Part shown: positions 16,885 through 28,900 of the stretch, one piece after another
Position numbering within the stretch: position 1 is the stretch's first letter
How the letters are laid out: every line of letters starts with the position of its first letter
Assembly (NCBI GenBank): GCA_964400015.1
Contig: CAYNRR010000002.1
Span: forward strand, 38,751 to 102,750
DNA from: an uncultured Eubacteriales bacterium
GTDB lineage: Bacteria > Bacillota > Clostridia > TANB77 > UBA1234
Reading direction: 5' to 3'
Length of the DNA: 64,000 nucleotides
Translations under genes and position numbers: made by a program
Notes under the pieces: model-generated
What the model was told of the DNA's origin: nothing
Seen by the model: the letters and a program-made list of their open reading frames with translations, nothing else
The model's database searches: none

Positions 16885-19800
16885 TTAAAATAATTTTGTT
16901 TGTTCAAATACTGTTTCATTATCTAAAGTTGATATTTGCTTGAATCGATTGCCTAGTTCTCTATCAAAATTGCATATTTCTTTATATGCACAGTAGTCAC
17001 ATGGCGTTTCTTTTTTTATTCGTGCTGGTTTGATTTCTACATTACCTGATAATATTTCTTCTGCAAATTTTTTTAGAATTGATTTTGTATGTTTACAAAG
17101 TCCTTTTAACTCATCTAGTGTTGCTGTTGGCACTTTTGAGTAGGTGCCATCTCTTTTTAGAGATAAGTTTAGATTTTTTGATTCTTTTACCATTTCTGTG
17201 TCCATGGCTTGCACTAGACGTACATCGGATAATATAATTCCATCCATTTTTAGTTTTTCACGGATTTGTTCTTCTACTTCTTCTGGTGTTAATTTCTTTT
17301 TTGATTTTACTATTGGATCATCTAGCTTTAAGTATAATGCACCACCAGGAATAAATTCTTCTTGCTTGTTTTCTGTTGCTACATCTAGATACGTTATTAG
17401 CTGTAATTGTAAGCCATAATATACTTTTGATAGATTTATTGATTTTGCTGATGATTTATAGTCTATTATTCGAATGTATTTTCCGTCTTCTGTTTTAGCT
17501 ATGTCCATTCGGTCTATTTTGCCGTTTAAAACAAGTTTATTGCCTTCATCAAGTTCTATCTCGATTGGAGGATAATTTCCTTTTTCGCCGAATGTCATCT
17601 CACTGCCTAAAACATCAAATTCACTGTTTTTTATATGCAATGTTATAATCCATAGAACTCTTTTTACAACACGTTTTAATTTTATACTTAAAAATTTTAA
17701 TCTGTTGTTACTAGAAAAAATATTGTACCTGCGTTCTGAAAGTAATGAGTCGATTATGTTTGAAGCTATAGTATCTATTTCGCCTTTAGTTATATCTCTC
17801 CATTTTAAATTGTTTCTTTCTAAGTGTTTTGAAAATTTGTCTAATATATCATGCATAAACACTCCAACGTCTGGGGTTTCTAGTTTGTATAATTTACGTT
17901 CTTTTACATTTAAACCATATTGCAAATAAAATTTAAATGGACATGAAGCGTATGATTCCATTTTTGATACACTTGATTTTATTGTATTTCCGTATAATTC
18001 TGTTGCGTTTCTTTTTTCAAGTCTTCCTACGTTGTTGTTGAAGCTTAATCCTGATTTTATTAGAGCAATGAATTCAGGATTGTTTTTTTCAAACCATTTA
18101 TATACAAAGTTCCATTTTGGATTTATAGTTTCTTTTTCTTTTTTTTCACGAATTGTATTTGCCAAATGTACGAATGTTGATTTCTTCGTATTTATTAACT
18201 CTTCCCATTCAAAAGTTTGCGTTAAATAATCGTTTTCTTTTAATTTAGGGAATATATTTTTTAATTCATTTATTACTGAAGAGGGACGTAATGTTGTCCC
18301 CTCTTCATCTGTTATCGGATATGATATATGTAACTCGCATTTAGGAACTGTCAATGTTTTATATATATTAAAGTTTTCTTCTAACAATAACATTTTTGTG
18401 TCTTTAGCTATTTCAAGGTTATTTTCTAATAGCAAGTTACGTTCGTTATCGTTTAAAAAACCTTCTGTGGTATATTGCATTGGGAAAAGTCCATCGTTGA
18501 CTCCTACAATATAAAGAATATCTATGTGAGAATTGCGAGAACGTGCAATATCTCCTATTATAACTTCGTCTTTACTTGTTGGAATAAGTCCTATTTGCTG
18601 AGTTAATATTCCTTCTTTTAAAATTGATTGATATTTATCAAAGGAAACGTTTTCATCGCCCATTGTGTTTACTAGTTCATCAAGTAAATTAACAAATATA
18701 TTCCAAACTTGTACATATGCATTTGCAAACATTATGTCTGAACTTAAAATATCCTCTTTTGAATTTATTTCTTCTAATAAGTTTTTTATATTCTCTTCTA
18801 CATTTATTTTTATTAGAAAATCATATAATGCACGTGTTATATCTCGCACCGTTTTTTTGCCGGTTAATTCGTTTTTAAATTCAAATATAGGAGTGATGAT
18901 TTGTGCACGTATACTATTTATTTGTTCGTTAACTTCGTCAGTATCATAATGCCATTCTTCTAGCCATTTAGAACCTTTTATCCCGTATTTTAAAACGTAA
19001 TTTTCTATTCGGTCTATATCATTTACATCTTCGATATTCGATAATCCAGTTTTTAGATACGTTATGATTGAATCAGTCTGATAATTCTTACTGCATATTT
19101 CTAATAATGACATTACTAGACAAATAAGTGGTTGAAGTGATAATTCCGATTTTGTATCTAAGAAATATGGAATATTGTATCTTTCAAATATCATTTTGAA
19201 AATTGATTCATATGTTTCAACGTTTCGCGATGCAATCATTATGTTGTTATAGCGATATCCTTCGTCACGAACTTTTTTTAGAATGTCACATGCAATCTTT
19301 TCGACTTCTGTATATAAATTAGGCATTATGCTTAAATCAACAAATTTTGTTTCTTCTTCGTATTTTTCTGCAGGAAATTTGTTAAAATTCTTTTCGAGAT
19401 GGGATAACTCAGCGTTTAAAAATCTTCTTGGTGTTTCAAGATAAACGACATCAACATTCGTAAATTTCTTTATTTTATCAATAGTTTTTTTATTTAGTAA
19501 GAATAACTCGCTATTTTCTTCATCATTTGAAATCGCAATTGTTACGTCTGCAATTTTATTTAGTGCTTTTATAACTTCTAATTCTTGAGGAGTAAATCCA
19601 TCAAACCCATCAATCCATATTTTCGCTCCTGAAATTATCTTTGATTTTGATATGTAATTCATGACAATTTTCAAATCATCATCGCTATCTATAAACTTGC
19701 CATCTATACGCTTTTCATATTCTGCATATATATACGCAAGTTCTCTTAGCTTATTAGATAATCTTTCGTTTTGAGTATTTGTATTAGATAACATTTCCGG

Positions 19801-20196
19801 AGTGACATTGTATCTTTTGAATTCAGAAATCAAGTCGCACACTGTAGTTACAAGTCCTGGTTTTCTATCTACTCCTTTTAAAAGGATTAACTCTTTTTCT
19901 AAATCTTTCATTATCGAATATACGATCATTGCTTTCGCAGATTTTGATATGGTAGCACTTTTGTAACCAAATTCATTATATATACGATAACATAAACGTT
20001 TAAATGACATTACGTCAACTTCCAAGATACCTCCTCTTCCTATTACGTTTGAGATATCATATTCGGCTGTCAACGAAAATTGTTCTGGTACAATATATAT
20101 AAGAGAACCCTCATATTCATCTATAAGGTTTTCTTTAATTTCATTCATACAATAAACGCTCTTTCCAGAGCCAGCTCGACCTAAAACAAGTTTCAT
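16885..20196 (-). CDS. addB: ATP-dependent helicase/nuclease subunit B (AddB)
   Basis: GRAGSGKS Walker A motif. A C-terminal cysteine cluster CDYCAYKEIC is typical of AddB Fe-S nucleases. 1103 aa. Confidence 0.9.
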   Translation of the reverse strand: MKLVLGRAGSGKSVYCMNEIKENLIDEYEGSLIYIVPEQFSLTAEYDISNVIGRGGILEVDVMSFKRLCYRIYNEFGYKSATISKSAKAMIVYSIMKDLEKELILLKGVDRKPGLVTTVCDLISEFKRYNVTPEMLSNTNTQNERLSNKLRELAYIYAEYEKRIDGKFIDSDDDLKIVMNYISKSKIISGAKIWIDGFDGFTPQELEVIKALNKIADVTIAISNDEENSELFLLNKKTIDKIKKFTNVDVVYLETPRRFLNAELSHLEKNFNKFPAEKYEEETKFVDLSIMPNLYTEVEKIACDILKKVRDEGYRYNNIMIASRNVETYESIFKMIFERYNIPYFLDTKSELSLQPLICLVMSLLEICSKNYQTDSIITYLKTGLSNIEDVNDIDRIENYVLKYGIKGSKWLEEWHYDTDEVNEQINSIRAQIITPIFEFKNELTGKKTVRDITRALYDFLIKINVEENIKNLLEEINSKEDILSSDIMFANAYVQVWNIFVNLLDELVNTMGDENVSFDKYQSILKEGILTQQIGLIPTSKDEVIIGDIARSRNSHIDILYIVGVNDGLFPMQYTTEGFLNDNERNLLLENNLEIAKDTKMLLLEENFNIYKTLTVPKCELHISYPITDEEGTTLRPSSVINELKNIFPKLKENDYLTQTFEWEELINTKKSTFVHLANTIREKKEKETINPKWNFVYKWFEKNNPEFIALIKSGLSFNNNVGRLEKRNATELYGNTIKSSVSKMESYASCPFKFYLQYGLNVKERKLYKLETPDVGVFMHDILDKFSKHLERNNLKWRDITKGEIDTIASNIIDSLLSERRYNIFSSNNRLKFLSIKLKRVVKRVLWIITLHIKNSEFDVLGSEMTFGEKGNYPPIEIELDEGNKLVLNGKIDRMDIAKTEDGKYIRIIDYKSSAKSINLSKVYYGLQLQLITYLDVATENKQEEFIPGGALYLKLDDPIVKSKKKLTPEEVEEQIREKLKMDGIILSDVRLVQAMDTEMVKESKNLNLSLKRDGTYSKVPTATLDELKGLCKHTKSILKKFAEEILSGNVEIKPARIKKETPCDYCAYKEICNFDRELGNRFKQISTLDNETVFEQTKLF

Positions 20197-20300
20197 AGTT
20201 TCGCTCCTTTCTATTCAAAATACTATCATACTTTTTTATGAAGAGCAATGGAGAGTGACATTGAGTAATAATCCCATTGCCACTCTCCACAGTAATTTTT

Positions 20301-20549
20301 TTAATTCTGAGTTAGAAATTTTTCCTTTGCGCAATCAATTTTATTTTGCTCTGCATATTCGGTTTTGTACCAGCCTCTTTCAACCATCAAATTATAAATT
20401 TTATTTTGAATATTTAGCGATTCGTTTAAAGCTTCTTTAAAAGCATTATGAACCTCTGCAGTAGACGATTCCAATACACCATGAAGATATAAATCGCTAA
20501 CACCTTTCATTAAAAGCAATTCTTTTTCCATCAATTCTCTATCTTCCAT
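20301..20549 (-). CDS. Coat F-domain (spore coat protein F-like) small protein
   Basis: ...QNKIYNLMVERGWY... resembles the Coat_F motif ...RGWY. Confidence 0.5.
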   Translation of the reverse strand: MEDRELMEKELLLMKGVSDLYLHGVLESSTAEVHNAFKEALNESLNIQNKIYNLMVERGWYKTEYAEQNKIDCAKEKFLTQN

Positions 20550-20563
20550 AGATTTTACACTCC

Positions 20564-20746
20564 CTATAACAAATTAAAAAATTTTTCATATATTTCAGAA
20601 TGTTTTTGTTCCAATTCTGTAATATACATAGCTAACGTTGCGTCTTTTAAAGTTTTTCCAGTTTTCTTACTACTATCTTGCAAAAATTTTTCATGTCCTA
20701 ACGCATCTTCAACATATAAAAGTTCTTTGCCTGTCATTTTTATCAC
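20564..20746 (-). CDS. small protein, probably a partner of the Coat F-like gene
   Basis: Adjacent to and co-directional with the Coat F-like gene. Its own RBS, GGGAGTG, lies upstream of the next ORF. Confidence 0.35.
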   Translation of the reverse strand: MIKMTGKELLYVEDALGHEKFLQDSSKKTGKTLKDATLAMYITELEQKHSEIYEKFFNLL

Positions 20747-20822
20747 CTCTTAAAGTAATATTTCCGTACTTACGGATTTTTATTCAAAATTTCTTTATGA
20801 AGAGGGAGAATATGATATAATT

Positions 20823-21851
20823 ATGAAAATTGTAAGTATAGGAGTTTTTATGATGAAAAATAGAATTTTTTATATTGAATTATTGCGAATAATAGCTTGT
20901 TTTGCAGTAATTGTCCTTCATTCGATAAATAATATCCTGCCTAATGCTTTAATTTATGGTACTAGCACTTGGAAATTAGCGAATTTTATAAATGTTATTA
21001 CTCGTTTTGCAGTTCCCGTATTTTTCATGATTAGTGGTTACTTAGCTTTTAGTTCCACAAAAGAATATTCAATAAAAGATTTCCTAAAAAGTAAGTTCAT
21101 AACGTTAGTCGTACCATTATTTGCATATAGCCTTTTTTACTACATTTTTCTTAACACATCTGGTATACTTTCTATTTCAGATTTTTTATTTAAATTTATT
21201 TCTATGGACGTGCAATATCATCTGTGGTTTATGTATGCACTAATTGGACTCGAATTACTTGTTCCGGTATTAAAAAAAGCTGTACAATCATTAGACAATA
21301 AAGAATTATTTTATTTTTGGTTAATTTCAATATTTCCAACTACCCTAGGACCGTTTTTAAATAAAGTCTTTAAAATATGGTTATTTAGATATGAGCCACT
21401 CATTTTCGGATACTTTGGATATTTTTTGTTAGGATATATTGTTGGGAAAATAGATATATCCAAGAAAAACAGAATTTTAATATATTTAAATGGACTTGTT
21501 TGGACTCTTATAAGTTACTTTGGAACTATATATTTATCTTCGTCAGAAAGAATAGACTTATTTTTCAATGGTGGATATCAAATAAATTCTTATTTTATAG
21601 CAATAGCAATTTTTGTATTTGCCAAATATAATTTTAAAGAAACTAAAAATAATTTTTTAAATAATGCAGTACTAAAAATAGCAAGACTTACATTTGATGT
21701 TTATCTTATTCACGCATTTGTATTAAGTTTGCTACAAACCTATACAAATGCAGGTCATATAATTAGTCTTACGTTGTTGTCAATTCCAACATTCTTAATA
21801 AGTCTAGTCCTTGCTTTTGGAATACATATCATAAAAGAAAAATGCCAATGA
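20823..21851 (+). CDS. acyltransferase family 3 (OatA-like) integral membrane protein
   Basis: About 10 TM segments. The N-terminal ...LRIIACFAVIVLHS... is typical of Acyl_transf_3. Confidence 0.7.
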   Translation: MKIVSIGVFMMKNRIFYIELLRIIACFAVIVLHSINNILPNALIYGTSTWKLANFINVITRFAVPVFFMISGYLAFSSTKEYSIKDFLKSKFITLVVPLFAYSLFYYIFLNTSGILSISDFLFKFISMDVQYHLWFMYALIGLELLVPVLKKAVQSLDNKELFYFWLISIFPTTLGPFLNKVFKIWLFRYEPLIFGYFGYFLLGYIVGKIDISKKNRILIYLNGLVWTLISYFGTIYLSSSERIDLFFNGGYQINSYFIAIAIFVFAKYNFKETKNNFLNNAVLKIARLTFDVYLIHAFVLSLLQTYTNAGHIISLTLLSIPTFLISLVLAFGIHIIKEKCQ

Positions 21852-21920
21852 GGATTATTCCTCATTGGCTATATTATTGTCTTCACTATTTCCTTCAGTA
21901 TTTTTATTCTCTTCGATTTG

Positions 21921-22475
21921 CTAGTCTATTTTCAATTGACCGTCGTCTTCACCTAAAGCGTCTTTAATAGTTGGCAATTCTGGCAATTCTTTTAATGAAG
22001 TGTAACCAAACATTTTTAAAAAGTCTTCTGTAGTTTTATACATCATTGGACGACCCGGAGCATTCATTTTTCCGGCTTCTTCTACTAAATTATATTCCAA
22101 TAATTTATTTAACGCACTATCAGATGAAACACCTCTTATTTTTTCTATTTCGGCACGTGTAGTGCATTGATTATATGCAACTATAGATAGCACCTCCAAA
22201 GCGGCTTGTGAAAGCGTTGGCTTTGGTCTGTTATCTAACATTTTACATATGTATGAATAAAACTTTTCTAGTGTTGCAAACTGATACTCATTGTTTACTT
22301 TTACAATTTGTATTCCACTATTATGCTCAATCAAATTGCTCTTTAAAGTTTCTATTGCGTTTTCAACTTCTTTTGTTTCTACTTCTAATATTTCCGATAT
22401 TATTTTTGCACTAACAGGTCTTCCGCTAGCAAATAGCATAGCTTCGACAGCTTGTACAAGTTCATCTTTTTCCAT
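21921..22475 (-). CDS. scpB: segregation and condensation protein B (ScpB)
   Basis: ...VEAMLFASGRPVS... and two winged-helix halves; 184 aa. Confidence 0.85.
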   Translation of the reverse strand: MEKDELVQAVEAMLFASGRPVSAKIISEILEVETKEVENAIETLKSNLIEHNSGIQIVKVNNEYQFATLEKFYSYICKMLDNRPKPTLSQAALEVLSIVAYNQCTTRAEIEKIRGVSSDSALNKLLEYNLVEEAGKMNAPGRPMMYKTTEDFLKMFGYTSLKELPELPTIKDALGEDDGQLKID

Positions 22476-22488
22476 TAGAATTCCTCCA

Positions 22489-23241
22489 TTACTTTTTCTT
22501 ATTTAAACGTTGTCTTAAAGCTTCAAATACAACAATTCCTCCAGATACACTTGCATTTAAGGATGTTATTTTTCCCATCATTGGTATTTTAACTAGGAAA
22601 TCACAGTTTTTCATAGTCAATGTACCCATTCCTCTTCCTTCGCTACCAATCACGATTGCTATAGGTCCTGTCAAATCTTGTTCAGTATAAAGTGTTTTAG
22701 CAGAACCATCTGTTCCTACAATCCATACGCCTCTATCTTGTAATTCTTTAATTGTTTCGTTTATATTATTTACTCTAACTATTGGAACATATTCAGTTGC
22801 ACCTACTGCTGTTTTAGCAACAACTTCAGTTACTCCAACAGCACGTCTTTTTGGAATTATTACACCATGGCATCCAGCACATTCTGCTGTTCTTATAAGA
22901 GCACCTAAATTATGTGGATCCTCAATTTCATCAGCAATCATAATAAATGGATCTTCATTTCTTTCACTTGCAAGTGCAAAAATATCGTCTATAGTTTTAT
23001 ACTCAACTGCTGAAACAAAGGCAATTACGCCTTGATGATGTTTTGTATCAGAAAGCATATCTAATTTTGACTTTTCAACCTCTGAAATCAAATTGTTATT
23101 CTTTTTAGCAAGTTTGATAATTTCATTTATAGAACCTTGTCTTTCACCTTTTTGTATAAATACCTTATTTACAGGCTTTCCCGACTTTAAAAGTTCGATA
23201 ACAGCATTTCTTCCCTCTACTTTAAAATCTTCACTTTTCAT
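22489..23241 (-). CDS. rlmB: TrmH-family (SpoU) 23S rRNA 2'-O-methyltransferase RlmB
   Basis: SpoU methylase motifs (...IVIGSEGRGM..., ...SLNASVSGGIVVFE...). The start was moved to the ATG at 23241, which has an AAGGAG RBS. The ORF-track extension back to 23283 runs into repeat element B. Confidence 0.85.
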   Translation of the reverse strand: MKSEDFKVEGRNAVIELLKSGKPVNKVFIQKGERQGSINEIIKLAKKNNNLISEVEKSKLDMLSDTKHHQGVIAFVSAVEYKTIDDIFALASERNEDPFIMIADEIEDPHNLGALIRTAECAGCHGVIIPKRRAVGVTEVVAKTAVGATEYVPIVRVNNINETIKELQDRGVWIVGTDGSAKTLYTEQDLTGPIAIVIGSEGRGMGTLTMKNCDFLVKIPMMGKITSLNASVSGGIVVFEALRQRLNKKK

Positions 23242-23254
23242 CTCAATTCTCCTT

Positions 23255-23337
23255 TTCTTAGGGACGTCCGTTAAATGTCTCACTTTTGCCTTTTACTGGA
23301 AATTTTGGAACATTTAACGGACGTCCCTCGTGTGTCA
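23255..23337. repeat. palindromic intergenic element, copy B. Its arms are AGGGACGTCCGTTAAATGTCTCA and the reverse complement. Its core is inverted relative to copies A and C
   Basis: Inverted repeat read directly from the sequence. The right arm ...CGTGTGTCA supplies the TGA stop of lepA. The left arm abuts the rlmB RBS. Confidence 0.85.
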
Positions 23338-25143
23338 TTCTTCATCTAATTTTAGTATTGATAAGAATGCTTCTTGTGGTACATCTACTGTACCTAATTG
23401 TCTCATTTTCTTTTTGCCTTCTTTTTGTTTTTCTAATAATTTCTTCTTACGTGTGATGTCTCCTCCGTAACATTTGGCTAGTACGTCTTTGCGCATTGCT
23501 GATATTGTTTCTCTTGCAATTACTTTTCCTCCGATAGAGGCTTGGATTGGTATTTCAAACATTTGTCTTGGAATTGTTGTTTTTAGTTTTTCTGCCATTT
23601 TTCTACCACGTGCATACGCTTTGTCTTTATGTACTATCATTGAGAATGCATCTATTAAGTCGCCGTTTAACAATATATCTAGTTTTACAAGGTCTGATTC
23701 TCGATATCCTATTATTTCGTAATCGAATGATGCGTAGCCTTTTGTTCTTGATTTTAGGGCATCAAAGAAGTCATAGATGATTTCGTTAAGTGGCATTTCG
23801 TAAGTTAGTATGACTCTTGTTTCATCAAGATATTTCATGTCTTTGTAGATACCTCTTCTATCTTGGCATAATTCCATTATGTTTCCAACATATTGCTTTG
23901 GAAGCATTATATCTGCTTTTACAATTGGTTCTTCCATTTTTGACACTTCTTGCATTGGTGGAAGTTCTGTTGGATTGTATAGATCGAACTTAGTTCCGTC
24001 TGTTTTTATTACTTTATAAATAACACTTGGTGATGTTGTGATTACGTTTAGATTATATTCTCTGTCTATACGTTCTTGTATTATTTCCATATGTAGTAAT
24101 CCTAGGAATCCACATCTAAAACCAAATCCAAGTGCAACAGATGTTTCTGGTTCCCAAAATAGTGAAGCATCATTTAATGAAAGTTTTTCTAACGCTGCTT
24201 TTAAATCTTCATATTCACTGCCATCTGCAGGATAGATTCCACAGTAAACCATTGGCATTATTTTTTTGTATCCTGGTAATGGTTCCGCGGCAGGTGCATT
24301 TTTTGTTGTTATAGTATCACCAACATTGATATCTGATACATTTTTTATACTAGCAGCTACGTATCCAACTTCGCCAGCTAAAAGTGTATCTGTTGGTATA
24401 TAAGTTCCTGCACCAAAATATCCAACTTCTGCAACCGTATATGTTTTATTTGTTGCCATGAATTTTATTTCATCGCCTACTTTAATTTTCCCTTCTTTAA
24501 TTCTTACATATGCGACAGCACCTTTGTAGTTATCGTAATAAGAATCGAATATTAAGGCTTTGGTTGGATTGTTTGCATCACCACTTGGAGCTGGAATTGA
24601 AGTAACTATTTTTTCTAAAACTTGTTCTACGTTTAATCCTGTTTTGGCTGAAACTCTAGGGGCATCTTGTGCTTCTATCCCTATTACGTTTTCAATTTCA
24701 TCAATAACCATTTCTGGATTAGCACTTGGTAAGTCTATTTTATTTAATACTGGTATGATTTCAAGATTGTTATCTAGTGCTAAATATACATTTGCAAGTG
24801 TTTGAGCCTCAATTCCTTGTGAAGCATCTACAACTAAGATTGCTCCTTCACAAGCTGCTAAGCTCCTTGAAACCTCGTAAGTAAAGTCAACATGTCCAGG
24901 TGTATCTATTAAATTCAATATATATTCTTTGCCATCATTAGCTTTATATACAGTTCTAACAGACTGCAATTTAATCGTAATTCCTCTTTCTCGCTCTAAA
25001 TCCATATTATCGAGTACTTGTTCTTGCATTTCGCGTTTCGTAAGAACTCCTGTAAGCTCGATCAATCTATCTGCAAGAGTAGATTTCCCATGGTCTATAT
25101 GTGCAATTATACAAAAATTTCTAATGTTTTCTTGATTTGTCAC
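23335..25143 (-). CDS. lepA: elongation factor 4 (LepA)
   Basis: [21 protein letters not shown]... GTPase N-terminus; the 602-aa length matches LepA. Confidence 0.95.
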   Translation of the reverse strand: MTNQENIRNFCIIAHIDHGKSTLADRLIELTGVLTKREMQEQVLDNMDLERERGITIKLQSVRTVYKANDGKEYILNLIDTPGHVDFTYEVSRSLAACEGAILVVDASQGIEAQTLANVYLALDNNLEIIPVLNKIDLPSANPEMVIDEIENVIGIEAQDAPRVSAKTGLNVEQVLEKIVTSIPAPSGDANNPTKALIFDSYYDNYKGAVAYVRIKEGKIKVGDEIKFMATNKTYTVAEVGYFGAGTYIPTDTLLAGEVGYVAASIKNVSDINVGDTITTKNAPAAEPLPGYKKIMPMVYCGIYPADGSEYEDLKAALEKLSLNDASLFWEPETSVALGFGFRCGFLGLLHMEIIQERIDREYNLNVITTSPSVIYKVIKTDGTKFDLYNPTELPPMQEVSKMEEPIVKADIMLPKQYVGNIMELCQDRRGIYKDMKYLDETRVILTYEMPLNEIIYDFFDALKSRTKGYASFDYEIIGYRESDLVKLDILLNGDLIDAFSMIVHKDKAYARGRKMAEKLKTTIPRQMFEIPIQASIGGKVIARETISAMRKDVLAKCYGGDITRKKKLLEKQKEGKKKMRQLGTVDVPQEAFLSILKLDEE

Positions 25144-25264
25144 TATATAAGCCCTCCTTTAACCTCATAATAATATACTAAAAACGGCAAAAAGTAAACT
25201 AAAAACATTATTCTTGCATATTCTTATTTAATATTTTAGAATGTTTTTTGGAGGTTGATGCTTT

Positions 25265-25918
25265 ATGACATCTTTTGGACTAAAGTTGCTAGCACTAATT
25301 ACAATGGCAATTGACCATATGGGATATGTACTTTTTCAAAATAATTTGGTATTTAGAATCATTGGAAGACTAGCTTTTCCAATCTTTGCATTTCAGCTTT
25401 CTGTTGGATATACACATACAAAAAATAAAGAAAAACATATTTTCAAAATGATACTTTTCGCAATTATATCGCAGATTCCATTTATGATATTTAACGGGAT
25501 GGCTTCTGACTACGAACACTTTTTGAATATTGGCTTTACATTTTCTTTAGCACTTCTATGTATGTATATTATAGAGAATGTTAATGACTTCATATATAAA
25601 ACTTTTTTGTTATCTACGGTTCTTCTTTTATGTTGCTTTATTCCAATAGATTATGGAGTTTGGGGCGTTCTGCTTTGTGTTTCGTTTTACATTTTTAGAA
25701 ATCATAAATATTTAAATTTGCTAAGTGCAGGAATAATTATGATTTTTAAGATTCTTATTAGTGGAAATGCGGCTTATTCAGCAATGTTATATGCTTTATA
25801 CCCTATATGCTTATACAATGATAAAAAAGGATTAGATAATAAATTTAGCAAGTATTGTTTTTATATTTTTTATCCTGCTCATATGATTTTATTTGCTCTT
25901 ATAAAGTTGTTTATATAA
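25265..25918 (+). CDS. TraX-family membrane protein
   Basis: LKLLALITMAIDHMGYV... is the TraX signature. Confidence 0.65.
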   Translation: MTSFGLKLLALITMAIDHMGYVLFQNNLVFRIIGRLAFPIFAFQLSVGYTHTKNKEKHIFKMILFAIISQIPFMIFNGMASDYEHFLNIGFTFSLALLCMYIIENVNDFIYKTFLLSTVLLLCCFIPIDYGVWGVLLCVSFYIFRNHKYLNLLSAGIIMIFKILISGNAAYSAMLYALYPICLYNDKKGLDNKFSKYCFYIFYPAHMILFALIKLFI

Positions 25919-25970
25919 AATTTAAAAGCTCGAAGTTGTGTATACTCTACACTCTCGAGCTTTTTCTTAT

Positions 25971-28900
25971 TTATTTTGTGCTTTTTGCTTTTTTCTTAGT
26001 TTTTTTATTTTCGTTCATTGTGTCTTTAGCCACTGACATTAGTAGTTTGATACGGTTTGTTTGATTTGCTTCACTTGCACCAGGATCATAATCTACTGCT
26101 ACTATGTTTGCCATCGGATAATGTTCTCGTATAGCTTTTATTACGCCTTTTCCAACGACATGGTTTGGTAAACAAGCAAATGGTTGTACACAAACTATAT
26201 TTGGTGCACCGTCTTTAATTAGTTCTATCATTTCAGCTGTCAAGAACCAGCCTTCACCAGTTTGGTTGCCGACTGAAAGTATTTCTCCTACCTGATTTCT
26301 CAACTTCCAAATATCGCAAGGTTCTCTATATGACTTTTTAGCTTTTGCTAATGTTTCTTTTATAAATGCTTCTTGAGCATCTAGTAGATTTATAAGCTTA
26401 CCATATACATATCCTTTAAATTTTTCTATTTTCATAAGTTTGCTATCATTGTATGTACCTATAACAACATATTTTACAAATCCCATGAAGTCTGGTGATA
26501 AAACTTCAGCACCTTCTGCTTCTAGTTGCTCTATTATATTATGGTTTCCAAAAGGATGATATTTAATTAAAATTTCTCCAACAACACCAACTTTTGGCTT
26601 TACTTCATTTGATATTTTTATCTTATCAAAATCAGCTACCATGTTTACTATACCTTCTTTATATTTTTCAGTATTGTTTAATCTTATTAAATCTCTTCCT
26701 TGCTTTACCCATTTTTCGTATAAAGCATTTGACTCACCTTTATTTAATTCATATGGTCTATTTCTAAGCAATAGTCTGTTTAATAAATCGCCAAGTACTA
26801 CTGCTTTCAAAAGTTTACTTGCCATTGGTAATGTAATTTTAAATCCAGGCATTTTTTCAAGACCACTGAAGTTAAATGATATAACTGGTACATCTTTAAA
26901 ACCTGCATCAGCTAGGGCTTTTCTTAAAAATCCAATATAATTTGTTGCTCTACATCCTCCACCTGTTTGCGAAATAATTACAGCAGTGGTATCTATGTCA
27001 TATTCGCCAGATTGTAAAGCTTCTATTAGCTGACCTATTACAAGTAATGATGGATAACAAGCATCGTTATTAACATACTTCAAGCCTATTTCAACAGTTT
27101 TTTCTGTGCACTCACGAAGTAATTTTAATTTGTAACCTGAGCTATCTAATGCTGCTTCTAAAAATTCAAAGTGTACTGGAGATAATTGTGGGCACAATAT
27201 GGTATGTGTCTTTCTCATCTCTTTTGTAAATGGTACTTTGTTTGCTGCATATGAAGGTGTTTTTTCAATAGGACATATTCCTTCTTCTTCACGTTTTTTC
27301 ATCGCAGCTAAAAGCGATCTTATTCTAATTCTGATTGCTCCTAGATTGTTTACTTCATCTATTTTTATTAAAGTATACATTTTACCGAATTTAGTTAGTA
27401 TTTCTTCAACTTGGTCTGTTGTTACAGCATCGATTCCACAACCAAATGAATTTAATTGTACAAGTTCAAGGTAATCTTTTCTTCCAACTACATCCGCAGC
27501 TGCATATAGTCTTGAATGATACATCCATTGGTCAACAACTCTTAAAGGTCTTTCTAATTCGCTTAAATGTGCAATTGAATCTTCTGTAAGTACTGCCATT
27601 CCTAAGCCTGTAATCATAGTATCGATACCATGATTTATTTCTCCATCTATATGATAAGGTCTTCCCGAAAGTACAATTCCCTTTAGATGATTTTCTTCTA
27701 AATATTTTAATGTTTCTTCGCCTTTTCTTCTAATGTCTTCTCTATATCTATTATATTCAGCTTGAGCTTTCTTAGCTGCTCTTGCTATTTCTGATTTCTT
27801 CAAATTGTATTCTTTAAATTCTTCAAGTTCACTGATAACTTCAACCAATGCTTTTGTTTCAAATGGCAAGAATGGATTTATAAATTTTATTTTCTTTTCA
27901 GCTAAGTCTTCAACGTTATTTTTTATAACTTCCGAATACGAAATTACAATTGGACAGTTGTAATGATTTTCTGCATGTTTTTGCTCTTCACGTTCATATG
28001 GTATACATGGATGAAAAATAGTTGTAACTCCTTGCTCAATCAAACTCATTATATGTCCATGAGTAATTTTAGCTGGATAACACACTGATTCAGATGGAAT
28101 TGATTCCATACCTTTTTCGTATGTTTTTCTAGTTGTTTTTTCAGATAACACTACACTGAATTTTAGTTCTGTAAAGAATGTATGCCAAAATGGATAGTTT
28201 TCATACATATTTAAGACTCTAGGAATACCTATTTTACCACGTTTAGCTTCGCTTTCTTTTAACGGAACATAGTCGAATGTTCTTTCATATTTATATTTAT
28301 ATAAATTTGGTAATTCAACTTTCGTTTTTACAGATGGCTCAGTGCCTGCACCTTTTTCACATCTATTTCCTGTTACAAGTTTTTTGCCATTACTAAATTT
28401 GTTTATTGATAATAAACAATGATTTTCGCAGCCTTTACATCTTATATGTGTTGTTTTAAAACTTAAATTTTTCAATTCGTCATATGATAACATTGTTGAT
28501 TTTTCAGGCAATATTTTCTTTGCATTTTTATATTTGTCTTTACACAATAATGCCATACCATATGCTCCCATAAGTCCAGAAATATCAGGTCTTATAACTT
28601 CTTTGCCGATTATAAGTTCAAAAGCTCTTAAAACTGCATCATTAGAAAATGTTCCACCTTGGACTATAATATGTTCACCTAACTTACTTGTATCACGAAT
28701 TTTCATAACTTTTTGTAAAGCGTTCTTTACAACTGAATAAGATAATCCAGCAGAAATATCTCCAATATTTGCTCCCTCTTTTTGTGCTTGTTTAATCTTT
28801 GAATTCATAAAAACAGTACATCTTGAACCTAAATCAACAGGTGCTTTAGCAAGAATTGCTTCTCTTACAAATTCATCTAATGAAATATTCAAATTACTTG

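Noticed and set aside
20550-20563. Possibility that the two Coat F-like ORFs are one frameshifted gene.
   Set aside because: A proper RBS, GGGAGTG, precedes the second ATG, and each ORF has its own stop. This is a normal two-gene arrangement.
23242-23283. N-terminal extension MRHLTDVPKKRRIE of rlmB in the ORF track.
   Set aside because: The extension is encoded by the arm of palindromic element B. The internal ATG at 23241 has a proper AAGGAG RBS.
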